Of a stretch of DNA of 64,000 nucleotides, positions 1 to 12,300 are shown in pieces. The notes under the pieces were generated by a model. That model did not search any database. It had not been told where the DNA came from and saw only the letters and a program-made list of their open reading frames with translations. A program made the translations under genes and the position numbers. Numbering within the stretch: the stretch's first letter is position 1; each line of letters begins with the position of its first letter. Source of the DNA: Phoronis australis (taxonomy: Eukaryota > Animalia > Phoronida); assembly GCA_002633005.1 (NCBI GenBank), contig NMRA01000072.1:1043957-1107956 (forward strand). The letters run 5' to 3'.

Positions 1-50
1 CTGGCAAAATCCTGGCTAATACTAACTCAAAATCCTGGATCCGCCCCTGA
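1..50 (-). mobile_element. End of a CAGGGGCGGAT-type MITE (same family as 2293-2453)
   Basis: aaaatcctggctaatact...aaaatcctggatccgcccctg is the reverse complement of the 5' part of the 2293 element. Confidence 0.7.
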
Positions 51-263
51 GCATACCTCACCCTGGTGAGAGAAACTTACCTTAGTGTCACTGAATTGAG
101 GACACCTGTTTCCACGGGAGGCGTATAAATTCGTCGACACATGTCATTTACAATTCACTGCACATTCAACAGAAAGCCATCTCCATGTCCATTCGTAGCC
201 ATATTGGTTTTTCGAGTATATTAGGTTACCATTGATTGGTTTAAATTTGGAACGTTCTTGAGG

Positions 264-440
264 AATTTTACGAGCATAATTTACGGCGACATTTCCTTAG
301 TTAATTTACGCTCGTAATTACGAGCGTAATTTTACGGCGAAAATTTTCACCATTTAATTTACGAGCGTAATTTTACGGCGACACTCCTGCAGTTCAAATT
401 ACGCTCGTAATTACGCAGCGTAATTTTACGGCGACATTTT
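264..440. repeat. CpG-rich minisatellite built on ttacgagcgtaattttacggcga, with palindromic units
   Basis: About 4 imperfect units; perfect 24-bp palindrome ttacgctcgtaattacgagcgtaa at 306-329. Confidence 0.85.
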
Positions 441-1322
441 CCCCTCAGCGTGCCCAACTCGCTTACAAAGAATGTGCTACTCGTAAGTTACACCATATGG
501 TTACCATTGTTACACCATAGACTGGTTACACTAACTTGGCTAGCCTGATATATCGTGCTCGTTTCTTATGGAGGTTTTTGCAGTTCACCTAAACATGGGA
601 TAATACCCTTTGCTGGCTTCGTGCTTTTCATGCGTGCATGCTAACTCGTTTATTCGAAAAGATGCTCGCCTGTTCTAGTGCACGTGCCAAAAATCGCTGG
701 CGAAAAAATCAGTGCTGTTATATTGCATTCATCTACTACCGTTATTTCTTCAATATCCGCCCCCCAAAAGTTGCAACTCGCAATGTATTGTGTAGATCAA
801 CACACGTGAATGGATATTAAATCTAGCTTGTACCTTTCGTTCCAATTTATTATAAACAATATAATAACACGATACTTACCAACAGACTTAGAGACTAAAA
901 CGACGAAAAACACCCATCGTTAAATACTTTATTTAACTATTTAATTATTAGGATCTGATAATATCACAATCATGTTTTACTCACAACATTACACATTTTT
1001 AAGTTCTGGATGATAACAGGTATATATGTATACAACACATAATGAGTACAAAAATTATGGCAGTTATTAGTCATACGAAGTTGACAACAGGCACACAATG
1101 ATGACGTAACTTCCACAGACGTGATGTTTTCATAAGAAACTTGCAAATAGTTTTCTTTATTACATTACCCAAACAACGGCGTGTGGTATTTTCTGTTCGG
1201 GCCTAGACTAATTCGAGTGTTAAAAACGCAGACTGCCACACTCCGAGAGATGTAAGTTTTCAATTAAATATACATTATTAGCAAGTGGCTTAGGAGGCGG
1301 CTGTGGATGACTGACGATGACC

Positions 1323-1373
1323 TCAGATTTTTTTGAATGTCCGAACGACGACCATGTCTCCCAGTGTTATCTC
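1323..1373 (-). CDS. FABP: FABP exon 4 (terminal)
   Basis: EITLGDMVVVRTFKKI*; acceptor ttttcag; candidate AATAAA on minus at about 928-933. Confidence 0.9.
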   Translation of the reverse strand, partial: EITLGDMVVVRTFKKI

Positions 1374-4300
1374 CTGAAAATACATAAAACGTAGCAAAAA
1401 TTGAAGAGATCACTTCATAATTTGAAAGAGAGCAACGCACCAAATGCGTCGGAACATAACTGCTGTCGTGTAACATCGTCCGTGGCCAATTTGGCAAAAA
1501 AAATGGAAAATTACACAAAAATATGAACTACCAGTTAGATTTAGTGAGCACCAATTAGACTGACATTAGAAAATATCTAGGTAACGATTCTCAGGTACTT
1601 GGCAAGTAATGTGTTTTAATTGAATATACCGGCAATATGTGACGCGGATTTTTAAAAAAAACGTTTTAGTGGTCGATAAAATTTTTAGCCATTCTCGGTT
1701 TTTAAACTACATTTAATAACAAAAACATTCAAAGCTTTCACTGCGTACTTTTGTCTGCACGTTAATTGTTTGGTTGATAACATGCAGAACAGTCATGTCA
1801 ATACGTTTTGCAAAACAGATTGATAAACTTAAGCTAATTATTCGCAATTGAAATTTTCAAATCTTAACAACTCAGTAAGAATTTCTACATACAATAATCA
1901 CAGTTTCAGCGGTTTTCAAAGAATTTATTTTTTATTCTGGTGGAGTAAACGATTGCTTACCAGTAGAATTCTAGCTGCGACCATGTCAAAAGTGGCTTCA
2001 TTATCATTCTAGGTATTTCTAGCCAAGGTAAAAATGAAAGATTCAAATCTAATTAAAATAAACTGTAAGAACATATTTGACAATATGTTACCTTTCACTT
2101 GATTATACGCCTTTTCATTAGATTGAATTAAATTTTTACAACACGTTGTCTGGTATCGGTACAAATTTGAACCACTATAGATACCCATACCCGCTCGATC
2201 AAAACTAGTTTATATATAGTCTTCATCTCAGTATTATTAACAGCTTGATGTTTGCCCTTCACGCTCAATATATAGTTATGCAATATGCAGTTCAGGGGCG
2301 GATCCAAAATTTTGAGTTAGAGGGGCCAGGGCAGAGTATTAGCCAGAATTTTGACTGTCAGACATTCGCACCCCCGAACTGCCCAATGGAATCTGGGAGA
2401 ATTTTAGGGGGGGGGGGCATGGCCCCCTTGGTCCCACTCTAAATCCGCCACTGCAGTTTATGTAACGGCACTGGTTCTTGCTTCAGTCCTCGAAGCAAAA
2501 AAACGGCAAAATGGAAGTAAAAACTGGTAATAGTCACCTACAAGTGTTTGCATTTTGAAAATAATGTTTGATGAGCAAAATGGGTTTCGGCAGCTGGATA
2601 AACGGGCTAAGCGGTATTACTACAAGAATTGAAAAATAAAGACCCAGAAGACAATAATTTCTATACGAAATGATGGAGACTCATTCGATAAACTTCTGGA
2701 GCTCGTCATGCCTATTTCAACCACAACAAAACTTTCAAATGTGTCCGAGGGCTCCGTTGCAAGACTATCAGCTCTAGAAGATTCTCTCCTCCACGGTTGG
2801 TGCCTTAACTATATGCTTTCTCCCACATCAAAACGCATAGTGACGTTTGGACAAAATATTGATGAAGCACCGGACACGCACACATGTTAGATACTTTACA
2901 CGAGAAAATCTACTCAGAAAAAACAATCCCTTATGACATCAATACTTTTAGGTCTCACCACATCAAGTAATCTGACGGCAATACTCATGGTGGGCCGCTT
3001 AAGGAAAATACGAAAGATCTAGAACATGAATGTACACGACGCTTTGCTAACTTTTAAGAATCCACAGAGGTTTATTCATACAAGGCAAAAAAGGCAAAAA
3101 GTGTTGTACGTTAACTTTTTAATAAGCACCAGCGAGCGACACCAATTGGTGACATATTAGCATATTGGTATGATTGTAGAACTGTCCGATTTTTACCGCT
3201 GCCGCTCATTGTGACGAGGTGTTCGTCATCTGAAGGTGCTTGAGTAAAGTAGAAAAACGGGAATATTCGACAAAGAAATAATTAAATCATCTTATACGGT
3301 ATACTAAAAGAAGCTAAGCCCCCGTCGCTGGCCCATAAACGGGTCAAACGTCACCATTATAAAACCACGATGAATCAAATTATTCTCAAATTTTTCAGTA
3401 GATCCAAAGACTTGATGTACATACCATAACCAGTTCTCCTTCGTCGTTGATATAACGAGATCTCGTGTGTTTTTGTCCTTTTCCAGCCTCCACGGGCACT
3501 GCAGTTGTTAACAGTTTGTCGCCGTCCCATACTACCAGAGTCTAAACAATGAAAGTAAAAACCTTTGTTTAATTTTCACGAACTGCATGTTTGCTATGTA
3601 GGCTACCAATAAGTGAGAATCAGACAGGAAAAAATCTACTCTTGTTTCTGTACAGTTTCGTAACAGAGAGGAGGTCTGCTGGATCCCACCTACCTTCATT
3701 TTAATGTTGTCATGTTCTCGCACATACTCTTCTCCCACGGTAAAGCTGTCTTCCCGAGTTCCTAAACCCATGTGCGTTTTTATGGTGAATTTACCTCCAT
3801 CTCGAGTTATTTCTTGTGTGGGCGAAGAGTTAACAGCCATCTTGCGTGCTAACCATGGAGCGCCTTTGAAAAGAAGAAAATGTAATCGCGAGGGTCATTA
3901 AACCTTCCCTAGAAAGCACCCAAATGTTGACGATTTTGCCCTTCAACCCCATACGTAAATTAACGCAGACTGCTAACATGAAGGATTTGCGATGAATAGT
4001 ACAGTTCAGTGAACCGATAATCAACGAGGGATGTAGCGCGGTCTCAGTAACCTGCAACTTTCTGAGGTACGGCGCGAATTCATTAGACGAACATGAAGAA
4101 AAAAATATATGTAGGTTTTTTTCCAACTTCTTAGAGGAGACTAAAACATGTGTTACACAGTCTTGGTTTCTTCAAATAGACAATGGGTAAAGGGCAGAGA
4201 AGGTCTGCATCGTATCCCGCGTGTGCATTTTAAAAGCTCAATAAGGGCGAGTGTCTTAGTAGGCCTATTAAGGGAATCCATTTCTCAATACTTATGAAAC

Positions 4301-4424
4301 CGGGAATTAACGTATTGCGCACGTGTTTTATGCCTAACTCACCCATTTTCTCCAGAAATTCCCCGAAGTTTTCAGTACTTTTAACCAGCTTCCATTTTCC
4401 TACAAATGCATCTTCTCGGGACAT
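1323..4424 (-). CDS. FABP: Intracellular lipid-binding protein (FABP/CRABP family), complete, 4 exons, 139 aa
   Basis: Exons 4424-4343, 3863-3694, 3541-3425, 1373-1323 (420 nt, phases 1/0/0, GT-AG). Protein: MSREDAFVGKWKLVKSTENFGEFLEKMGAPWLARKMAVNSSPTQEITRDGGKFTIKTHMGLGTREDSFTVGEEYVREHDNIKMKTLVVWDGDKLLTTAVPVEAGKGQKHTRSRYINDEGELVMEITLGDMVVVRTFKKI. It has the GxW motif, FxVGEE and the canonical 4-exon iLBP layout. The specific orthologue cannot be assigned. Confidence 0.95.
2293..2453 (+). mobile_element. 161-bp MITE, CAG...CTG termini, 5-bp TSD
   Basis: TIR caggggcggat / atccgccactg; flanks cagtt at 2288-2292 and 2454-2458; related copies at 1-50 and 27476-27641. Confidence 0.8.
3425..3541 (-). 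CDS. FABP: FABP exon 3
   Basis: TLVVWDGDKL...RYINDEGELVM; acceptor tgtttag, donor gtatgt. Confidence 0.93.
3694..3863 (-). CDS. FABP: FABP exon 2
   Basis: APWLARKMAV...FTVGEEYVREHDNIKMK; acceptor tttcaaag, donor gtaggt. Confidence 0.93.
4343..4424 (-). CDS. FABP: FABP exon 1
   Basis: MSREDAFVGKWKLVKSTENFGEFLEKM+G, donor gtgagt. Confidence 0.93.
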
Positions 4425-5205
4425 CTTGTCAAGCAATGATTTGCCAATAAAGGCTGAAAATCTTTTGACTACTGATACTGTGATAGTGAACAAACAAAGG
4501 TCCGTTAGACTGTACGAGTTACACCTAAATGCAGGTCAATAACTGGGACGGCACTTCAGATACGCCATCCGTGCTGACAAGTCTGGACTCTGGTCGACCT
4601 TATGTTGTCGAAGAGTTATCTCTTACATCGTCTTTTATTATAATTTTAAACTAAACGAGAGAACGTGAGAACAAGTGCGTATGAGCACTGGCGCTACACG
4701 CGTTGTCACGTAATAGCGATCGTAAACGTAAACCTGTATTCGACAGATGCAAATTATTTCGTTTTTCTAGAAAAAATGACAGCTCTGAGCCACAAGCTCT
4801 ATTTAAAGCTGTATTTCTAATTTGGCCCTCAGCTTGATCTCATATGGTTGGTATATAAAGGGGGCCCCATGAGCTTCTGTGCCCGGGGTCTCATGATATT
4901 GTTAAGACGGCCCAGTCTCGTGTAATATTCCGTACAGAGATAAATATCGTCCGGTTACCTATTTTCGTCAGGCTCCAAAGTTCGTCCGCCATCTTGTTTC
5001 GCGTGCAGCGCAACCACGCGGGACTTAGCGTTCCAATTTGGAGTTCTCGTCTGCACGTTAGGTACTAACTTATCGGAAGAGACACGTATCAAAGTAATGA
5101 GACAAAAATCGGTGAGTTTACCGATTGTTTTTTAAAACCACTTAAAAATCAGTAGATTTTACTAATACACTTTTTTGTGCGTTTTCAGAAGATGTTTTCG
5201 AATTT

Positions 5206-5440
5206 NNNNNNNNNNNNNNNNNNNNNNNNNNNNNNNNNNNNNNNNNNNNNNNNNNNNNNNNNNNNNNNNNNNNNNNNNNNNNNNNNNNNNNNNNNNNNNN
5301 NNNNNNNNNNNNNNNNNNNNNNNNNNNNNNNNNNNNNNNNNNNNNNNNNNNNNNNNNNNNNNNNNNNNNNNNNNNNNNNNNNNNNNNNNNNNNNNNNNNN
5401 NNNNNNNNNNNNNNNNNNNNNNNNNNNNNNNNNNNNNNNN
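5206..5440. other. Assembly gap
   Basis: Run of N. Confidence 1.
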
Positions 5441-5748
5441 ATAGCTTAAAACACGTTTTTTTCACGCTAAGCTTCGACCGGGAAATTATCGTCTGCTAAA
5501 GTAGGTTACCACTGGTAACTGAATATAATTCTCAAGTCAAAGATCCTGATGACACGATACCCGCATTCAAACTAGAGATCGGTGATTTACAAATAAGAAG
5601 ACATAAGAGAAAAATTTCACTGAATTAAAATATCATTTTTATGGAAATTATGTGTCTTATTTTTCGTAGCGTATAAGTACAGTACAATGCGGTTTGTTGA
5701 ACGTGCGATTATTGCGCGTGCTCATTTAAGTATTCTATTTTCACTCTT

Positions 5749-5825
5749 GAAGACGTGGTGTAGTGGTTAAGTCGGCGACCTCCAAACTCTAGGGTCCCGG
5801 GTTCGACTCCGTCCTCGGTTTCCCG
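5749..5825 (+). mobile_element. tRNA-derived SINE head / tRNA pseudogene
   Basis: Pol III A box tggtgtagtgg (5756-5766) and B box ggttcgactcc (5800-5810), but the anticodon and acceptor stems do not pair. Confidence 0.65.
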
Positions 5826-8800
5826 CCAAATCGTTATCTCACTAGTGAGATAACTTTATGGGTTATTACACGGTTTTATCTGCCATTTGACGCTAATATT
5901 GTGGTATAAGATTCCTTACGTTACCAAAAAGTTCATGTGCCATTTTTGAATACGCAATTTTAAGTTGGACAACACCAATAAACTCTGAAGTGTTTTCTTG
6001 AGTCGTCGATAGTTTCGGAATTTTTGTTGGTATTCATGAAAATAGAATTTGATATCGGAAAAGAATATTACGAAGCCGATTTTCATGTTTTAGCCAGCTA
6101 AATATGGCGAGATGCAACTTCAAAGCGAGCACATATGCATACCTTAAACTTAATTTATATGTTTAAAGTGATTTTTAGTACTTTTCAAATGATTAGTTAA
6201 AGTCACATTTCTGCCCCAAATTTAACCTAGAAAAAGGGAAATCGAATTAGGCCTTTTACTCTCATAAAATCGATCAGACTCATAATTTTCCTTACCGAGG
6301 TATTACTTTATTTCCGTTACCATCGAAAATATTTACGGTTCAAAAAAAAAACGATTCACAGTTTATTGGGGATGGTAGACCCTAGAATTCGAAAATGGCG
6401 CAAGTACGCATTGCTTGTAACTTTAATTTGTAACAGAAATAAAATCCTATCACCGCAAAGAATAACTGAAAGGTCCGATTCGCCGCGTTTTTAACCAGCT
6501 AAACAGAGAGCCAATGTGCAGCTTAAGAGGCATGGAAAACAAAAGAACTTCAAATATATCTTTTAAACAATTCATGACCTTAGTACCATCTCGCAGCATC
6601 TAGTACAGAGTAATTCACTTCCCCTGCGAAAGAATTTTCAGACAAAAATCATGAAATTCACGAATTTAGAAATACCCCCGAAGGAAAATCTCCGTAATCA
6701 CCACAGAGTTTGTAATCTCGCTCCAACTTATGATAAATGCCCGCATGCGCTCACAGTAAACCGACAAACAACTGACTGATACGATGGGTATTACCATGTG
6801 CGATCGCACTCCGGAGGTTGACAGCACGCTAAGAGGCAAGCCGATGAAGCAAGCAATTTTCCAAAAAGAACTCCAAGTGCATTTTAAAACAAATAATACG
6901 ATACTTTTATAGCTAATTTTAAACAGTTAGGACTTAATCGGACTGGCTGTTGCGTGAAATCACCAGGGTTTTGTTAATATCAAAGGTTAAAGGTCACACT
7001 TTCCATATAAGGGAAATGTGCTACGTCTGTCTTACTATACCTAATTAGGAGACTTACTTTGCCTTGTGATAGAAAAATCGACGAGGTCGGCGGCGAACAG
7101 TCGACAGATAGTTTTCTTGAAATTTGAAACTAAAAGAAAAAAATGCTTTGATATCAGCAAAAATTCAAAATCTTTAAAAACAAACCGTAAAAATACTTGG
7201 TGAGCAGGTTGAGTTCCGTTTCAGTGGCAGAGAACCACTTTGAATATTATAATTTAGCCTGTTGTTCGCGTCCCAGGCGTCTTGAAATCTTGCGCTGAAA
7301 ACATGATCATGTAAACCACTTTGAAATGAACCCGGCACATCTTTCATCCAAATGCTATTTCAAAACAATTCCTTGGTTAACACAAGTGTGTCGCATCTAT
7401 AGGCGTATGCGAAGTAAATGACCTATATACACAGGTTCACATAGCCCTATGCGCATGGACCTCAGTGCACACTTACTGCATGTTACAAACACGAAGGGTA
7501 CTACAAAAGTGCGGCCAAGGGAAAAACGCACCCCAAAAATAACCGGAGAAGATGAACGACACCTACCAAGGGCGTTGAGGCAGGCGGAGGGCTTATTAGT
7601 ACTTTCAAACACAATTTGTCGGTTTGGTCCGGAGTGATTGGGTCTACAGACCTTAAGTTCCCTGCTGCCGACAGGTGTTACAGTTCATACGTGTGGTGGT
7701 GTGCGTCCTCACCTACTAGCTTCTCCCGGCGCATCCCTTATGAAATTTATTAACTTGTTTGTAATACTTTGTAACTTACGGTGTTTTCTCTATTAGTTAG
7801 TACACTAGTGTACGAACAATTTTCCCTAGAGAGCCTTCGTTTACGAATTGATAGAGACAAAATTGGCCGTAAGAACTATTAGAGAAGAAAGTCAAGTGTT
7901 CGAATTATTAGAGAAAACACCGTATTCATTTTGTTTTGATATTTTATTTAAATTTGTTAGCTGTCGGCTAGTGTTCCACCGATTCTCTGCTAAACTGACC
8001 AAAAATATTCTACTTATCTATTCTACACAAAACTACATTTTCACAACTTGCAAAGTCTACCCATTTTAGCGATACCCTTCTTCTGACAAAATGTTCACGT
8101 GTTCGATAAAAATAGGCGCCCGTTTAGAATGTCAGTACTTGTGCAGTATTGTCAAGGAACGATTCTTGCCAATTACGTTGAGCACTTGTGTCGGTAATTT
8201 CCAAAGCCTAATAATGTTAACGGAAAAACGAGTGACTGTAAGGAGAAACGAAGGTCCAATTCAAGGGATAAGAACGCGATGATGACGTTTTGATTTTTTC
8301 TTTGAAGAAACGTCGTTCATAAAGGCTTTAACTTGCTCATGAGACAAGTTGTGACACCTACTTAAAAATCGTGGAAAAGTTTTCGTTTGCAAATCGACTA
8401 CGAATTCTCATTGACGAAGGTTCCACTGAATAAACGACTACATCCCAGAAGCCATGTACAACTTGACAGGGCATATTCTGTACTACCCAAGCTTCCTTTA
8501 GAAAAATTATCAAAAATTTTGTATATTTATTTGCATACTGAATTGTACTGATGCGTGACTACAGCAGCTCTATTTCAAACGTGGTTGGTGCCAGGGTACA
8601 GCCAAAGCAAGCACTGGGAAGGAAGTGACTGCAACAGAGATCAGACAATTACAGAAGGAACCAGGTTATAAGTAGCATAAAATTGACAACATACAGTTGA
8701 CAAATCATTTATTTCTCCCAGGATGATCACAAGAATGCACATTTCACCAGTTTAAGTTACTTGCAAAGTATACATTTAAAACAATTTGACTAATCCAGCC

Positions 8801-9279
8801 CTACCTGCACTAATGCAGACCTCATAATTACATTTAAAGAACATGTATGATTAAAAATAAATGCCCTTCTATCATAAATAGGTGTGAACTAAAAATTAAA
8901 TCGAAGCTAAATTATCCATCTTTAGCTTCCAAAACAGAACATGGGTTACATATATCTACAACTCCTAGTGAGATATTTCAGTAGACGGTTCTGAGAAACT
9001 TAACACAAACATTCCTAACTGGCTGTTTTTCCACACCATATAATAATAGTAGTTTTTGAACTTTGCAACTACATCATTATAAAACTGCACAATTTTCACC
9101 ATTTTCAAGATTTACTTCATAGGTAACACAGTGCTTGATATAAAACTTAACAAAAATTTCATACGATTATCTTTTTTACAGGATTCACTTAAAGTTCTTT
9201 TATAATTTCCATAAATGTGTCGTGTGGTGACCTCATGGATAGGTTCATGAAGTCTCATGCCAGACACGACCTATGACCT

Positions 9280-9361
9280 TTAGGACATGGATACCATATA
9301 ACGGTATAACAGTGCTGCAGTGACTGCTAGAGCAAGAGGAATCAACCAACTGGACCATGAG
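9280..9361 (-). CDS. CYB5: Cytochrome b5 exon 6 (TM anchor, stop)
   Basis: [26 protein letters not shown]; acceptor ttgttgcag; candidate AATAAA on minus near 8708-8713. Confidence 0.92.
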
Positions 9362-12300
9362 CTGCAACAAAACAAGAAACATGTTCAACATCAGCACGAG
9401 GAAGCGAGGCTGCATGGACACATCCTGGGCTCAGAACAACAATGAGTGTAATGTCTGGACACATTACATATTTCAAAGGCCAGTCTCATTTCATTCCTAT
9501 TTTGTATCTGTCAGGAAGAACAATTCAAGTTCGGAAATAAGATGAATAAGCCTTCCAAGTTTTCCACGATTGTACTGCGTCCAGATTGAGCCACTTTATC
9601 GTAAGTTGGTTTCACACGAGCACGGTAGCTAAAATGTTTTAACTTACGATAAACTTGATATTACTAACACATTTTTAACAAAGTTGAATGGCAGCTGTCG
9701 ATTGCCTCAAAAACATTATTAGCCATGCATATTTGTGTGAGGAGAAATCATCCAGCACGGGTTCATGAGTGCTTTTTTTTTTTCAAAGGAAAAAAGAAGT
9801 AAGGCTTGTGCATACCATGTAAACAAACGCCAGTCTGAGGGACCAGATTCCATGACCACAACTCTAGCCAGCAGATAGAATGTAGAGGCACAGCCATGGA
9901 GTCTGGCGCCCGGGACTGGAGTTTGTTTATGTATGGAGCACTTTTGGTGCTTGCATGTGTGTGAACTTTGCAGTGCGGGTCTGGATACCGGCACTGAAAG
10001 TTTGGGTATTTGAACAGCAGGTTTGGTTTCTGTTGTTCTGGGACTGGAATTGACGAAAACCTAGTTGGAATTTAGAGACGCTGTGTCATGTCATTGTTTC
10101 CTCCTTGTAAGTTAATTTATTTCGTGACTTTTGTGATATGGCAGTGGAGTAAAATGGCCGCAAAGTAATAAAAGAACACATCCTAATTTTAAGTAAATTA
10201 GCATCATGTATGCGAGTATGATGCAAAACAGTAACAGCAACTGGTATTTCGTGTGACTGGCTTCTCCCTGATGTGTGCTGCCACAGTAACTAGAAATGCC
10301 CAGGCACCTGCGTCCACACACCATTTATGGTGTGTCTACATAGTTTTCCAGGACATTGTATAATTAAAAAAATTGCATCATCTAGAATTGTAAATGCTCC
10401 ATATGAAATAGATTTCAAGCCAAAATGGATTCAAATGTTGCTATTTGCTAGCTAATCAACGTAATTATTCACCATGTATTATTTACGGTAAAATCTCACC
10501 AATTTCAGACAAAAATAATTACCGAAAATTTTCAAAATATTGTTTGGTGGTAGTTGTGGTACAGGCCTTAGATATGCAAAAGTATTATTTTACAACTACA
10601 AACCTTTCATGATGGAAAAAAATCAAAGGATAAAATTTCCCTTGTACACCACCTAGTGTCCTAAATTAGCAAGACTTTACCATAATCAGTGCATGTAATT
10701 AGCTAAGCCAACTATCTACTTCATACGAAGAGCACAAGACATGTGGCGAATGACCTGAACAATCCTAATATTTTCCGAAAAGAGCAATACAGTACGTTTT
10801 ACCAAAAAACTTTGAGGTTATACAAAAACTCTTCACTATACAGTCATGTATTGAAGTAATAAAACTGAGGAAATGGATGTACTGACACCAGTAATAAGTG
10901 CTTGACAGAGCCCATGTATAATAATTAAGGAAGAAAAATTTATTGGGTGCAAACATACCTATTGATGATGACTTTTCGCTACAAAACTGAGCACGATCTA
11001 GCAAGAAAAACAAAAAGACTCTACATTTGAAGGAATTTCGTATTGTGGAAAAATATGTATAAAAATCATATTTTAAACTCCATTAACATATATCTTAAAC
11101 CAGCCACAGTGCCCGAATGTACTCCTGATTAATTTGTGAGCTGACTTTCTACTGAGCAAACAGCTAAAAAGCATCACAGTACTGTTTGTTTACCAGCTTG
11201 ATGTATACTCGTCCGCAATGACTTCTACAGAATTAACAATTCACATTCAAATTCTATACACTGTGTGTATTTTATTTTCAATCTCCAAAAATATGAAAAA
11301 TATACAAATTTCAAAAAACAAAGTTATCTGCCATTCAAATTTGTTTCCTTAGTAACTCACGTTCAAAGCAAAGTGCCATATTACACAAAAATTTAATTCA
11401 GATGATTAAAATGGCTGTTTTGACGTTGCAAGGCATGCATTTAGATTTTTCACAAAGGTTGACAATTCAAAATGCTGTTCCTGTATTAATTCCAAAAGCT
11501 TACATTGTGAAGATCTTTGGTATATCAAACCAGCAAATTCTTCATTATGAGACAAAAATAAGCGCTAATATTGCCAGAGGCTTGCCACATGTTCTTTGGT
11601 AATAACGACACCCTACTAACTACGCTGACAGCAAAATAAATTTTCCAGAAAAGTTCACTGTGTTGAGAAATTTGACAAAATGAAATTTCACCTGTCTACC
11701 ATATTGTGTCACAAACAAAAGAATTTTTAACTCATTCACAATGGACTCGTTGGTTAAAGAGACAAAGACTGAACTACAACTTTTACTACTTTTCAAACAG
11801 TGTACGTTGTAAACAAGGTCAAGTTTGAGTCCAGGTCAACTGTTGGTTTGACCTATTTGAACATGCATGAGACATCTCAGTAAAAACGTAACATGGCAAG
11901 GACTCACCTCTCTGAACTTGCATCACCTGAGTTTAAGACATTGGCCTGTAACAGTCCAAAACAGAACAGGTTAGCATATCTGTTATGGAAATTGCAAGCT
12001 GCAGCAATAAACAATGGGAACGCAGAGCATTGATATGCGACCACCATGTGCACCGCACACAGTGCAGAATCAAGGTATTATTATTATTTTGCATTCCCAC
12101 AAAAGGGAGAAATGACAGTAAACTTAACATGGGGCACAAAGCAAGTCAACAATGCTCTCTTCAATAAGAACACTTTCATCATAATTCTTTAAGCAATTTG
12201 GAAGATAGGTAGGCCACTAGGCTGTCCTACGTAGGTCAAATCAAACTGAAAAAAGCTTGTGCTGTCACCTACATGATTGTAACTTATTTGCCAATTTCAG

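Noticed and set aside
5142-5465. ORFs spanning the first N run (likewise 19558-20579 over the second gap)
   Set aside because: They are artefacts of translating assembly gaps.
5749-5825. Functional tRNA gene (CCA/TCC anticodon)
   Set aside because: A and B boxes are present, but the anticodon and acceptor stems do not pair; treated as a SINE head/pseudogene.
8395-8452. ZNF143/THAP11-type promoter motifs (gactacatcccagaa) suggesting a hidden gene between FABP and cytochrome b5
   Set aside because: The spacing between ACTACA and TCCCA is wrong, and I found no spliceable coding exons in 5.5-8.4 kb.
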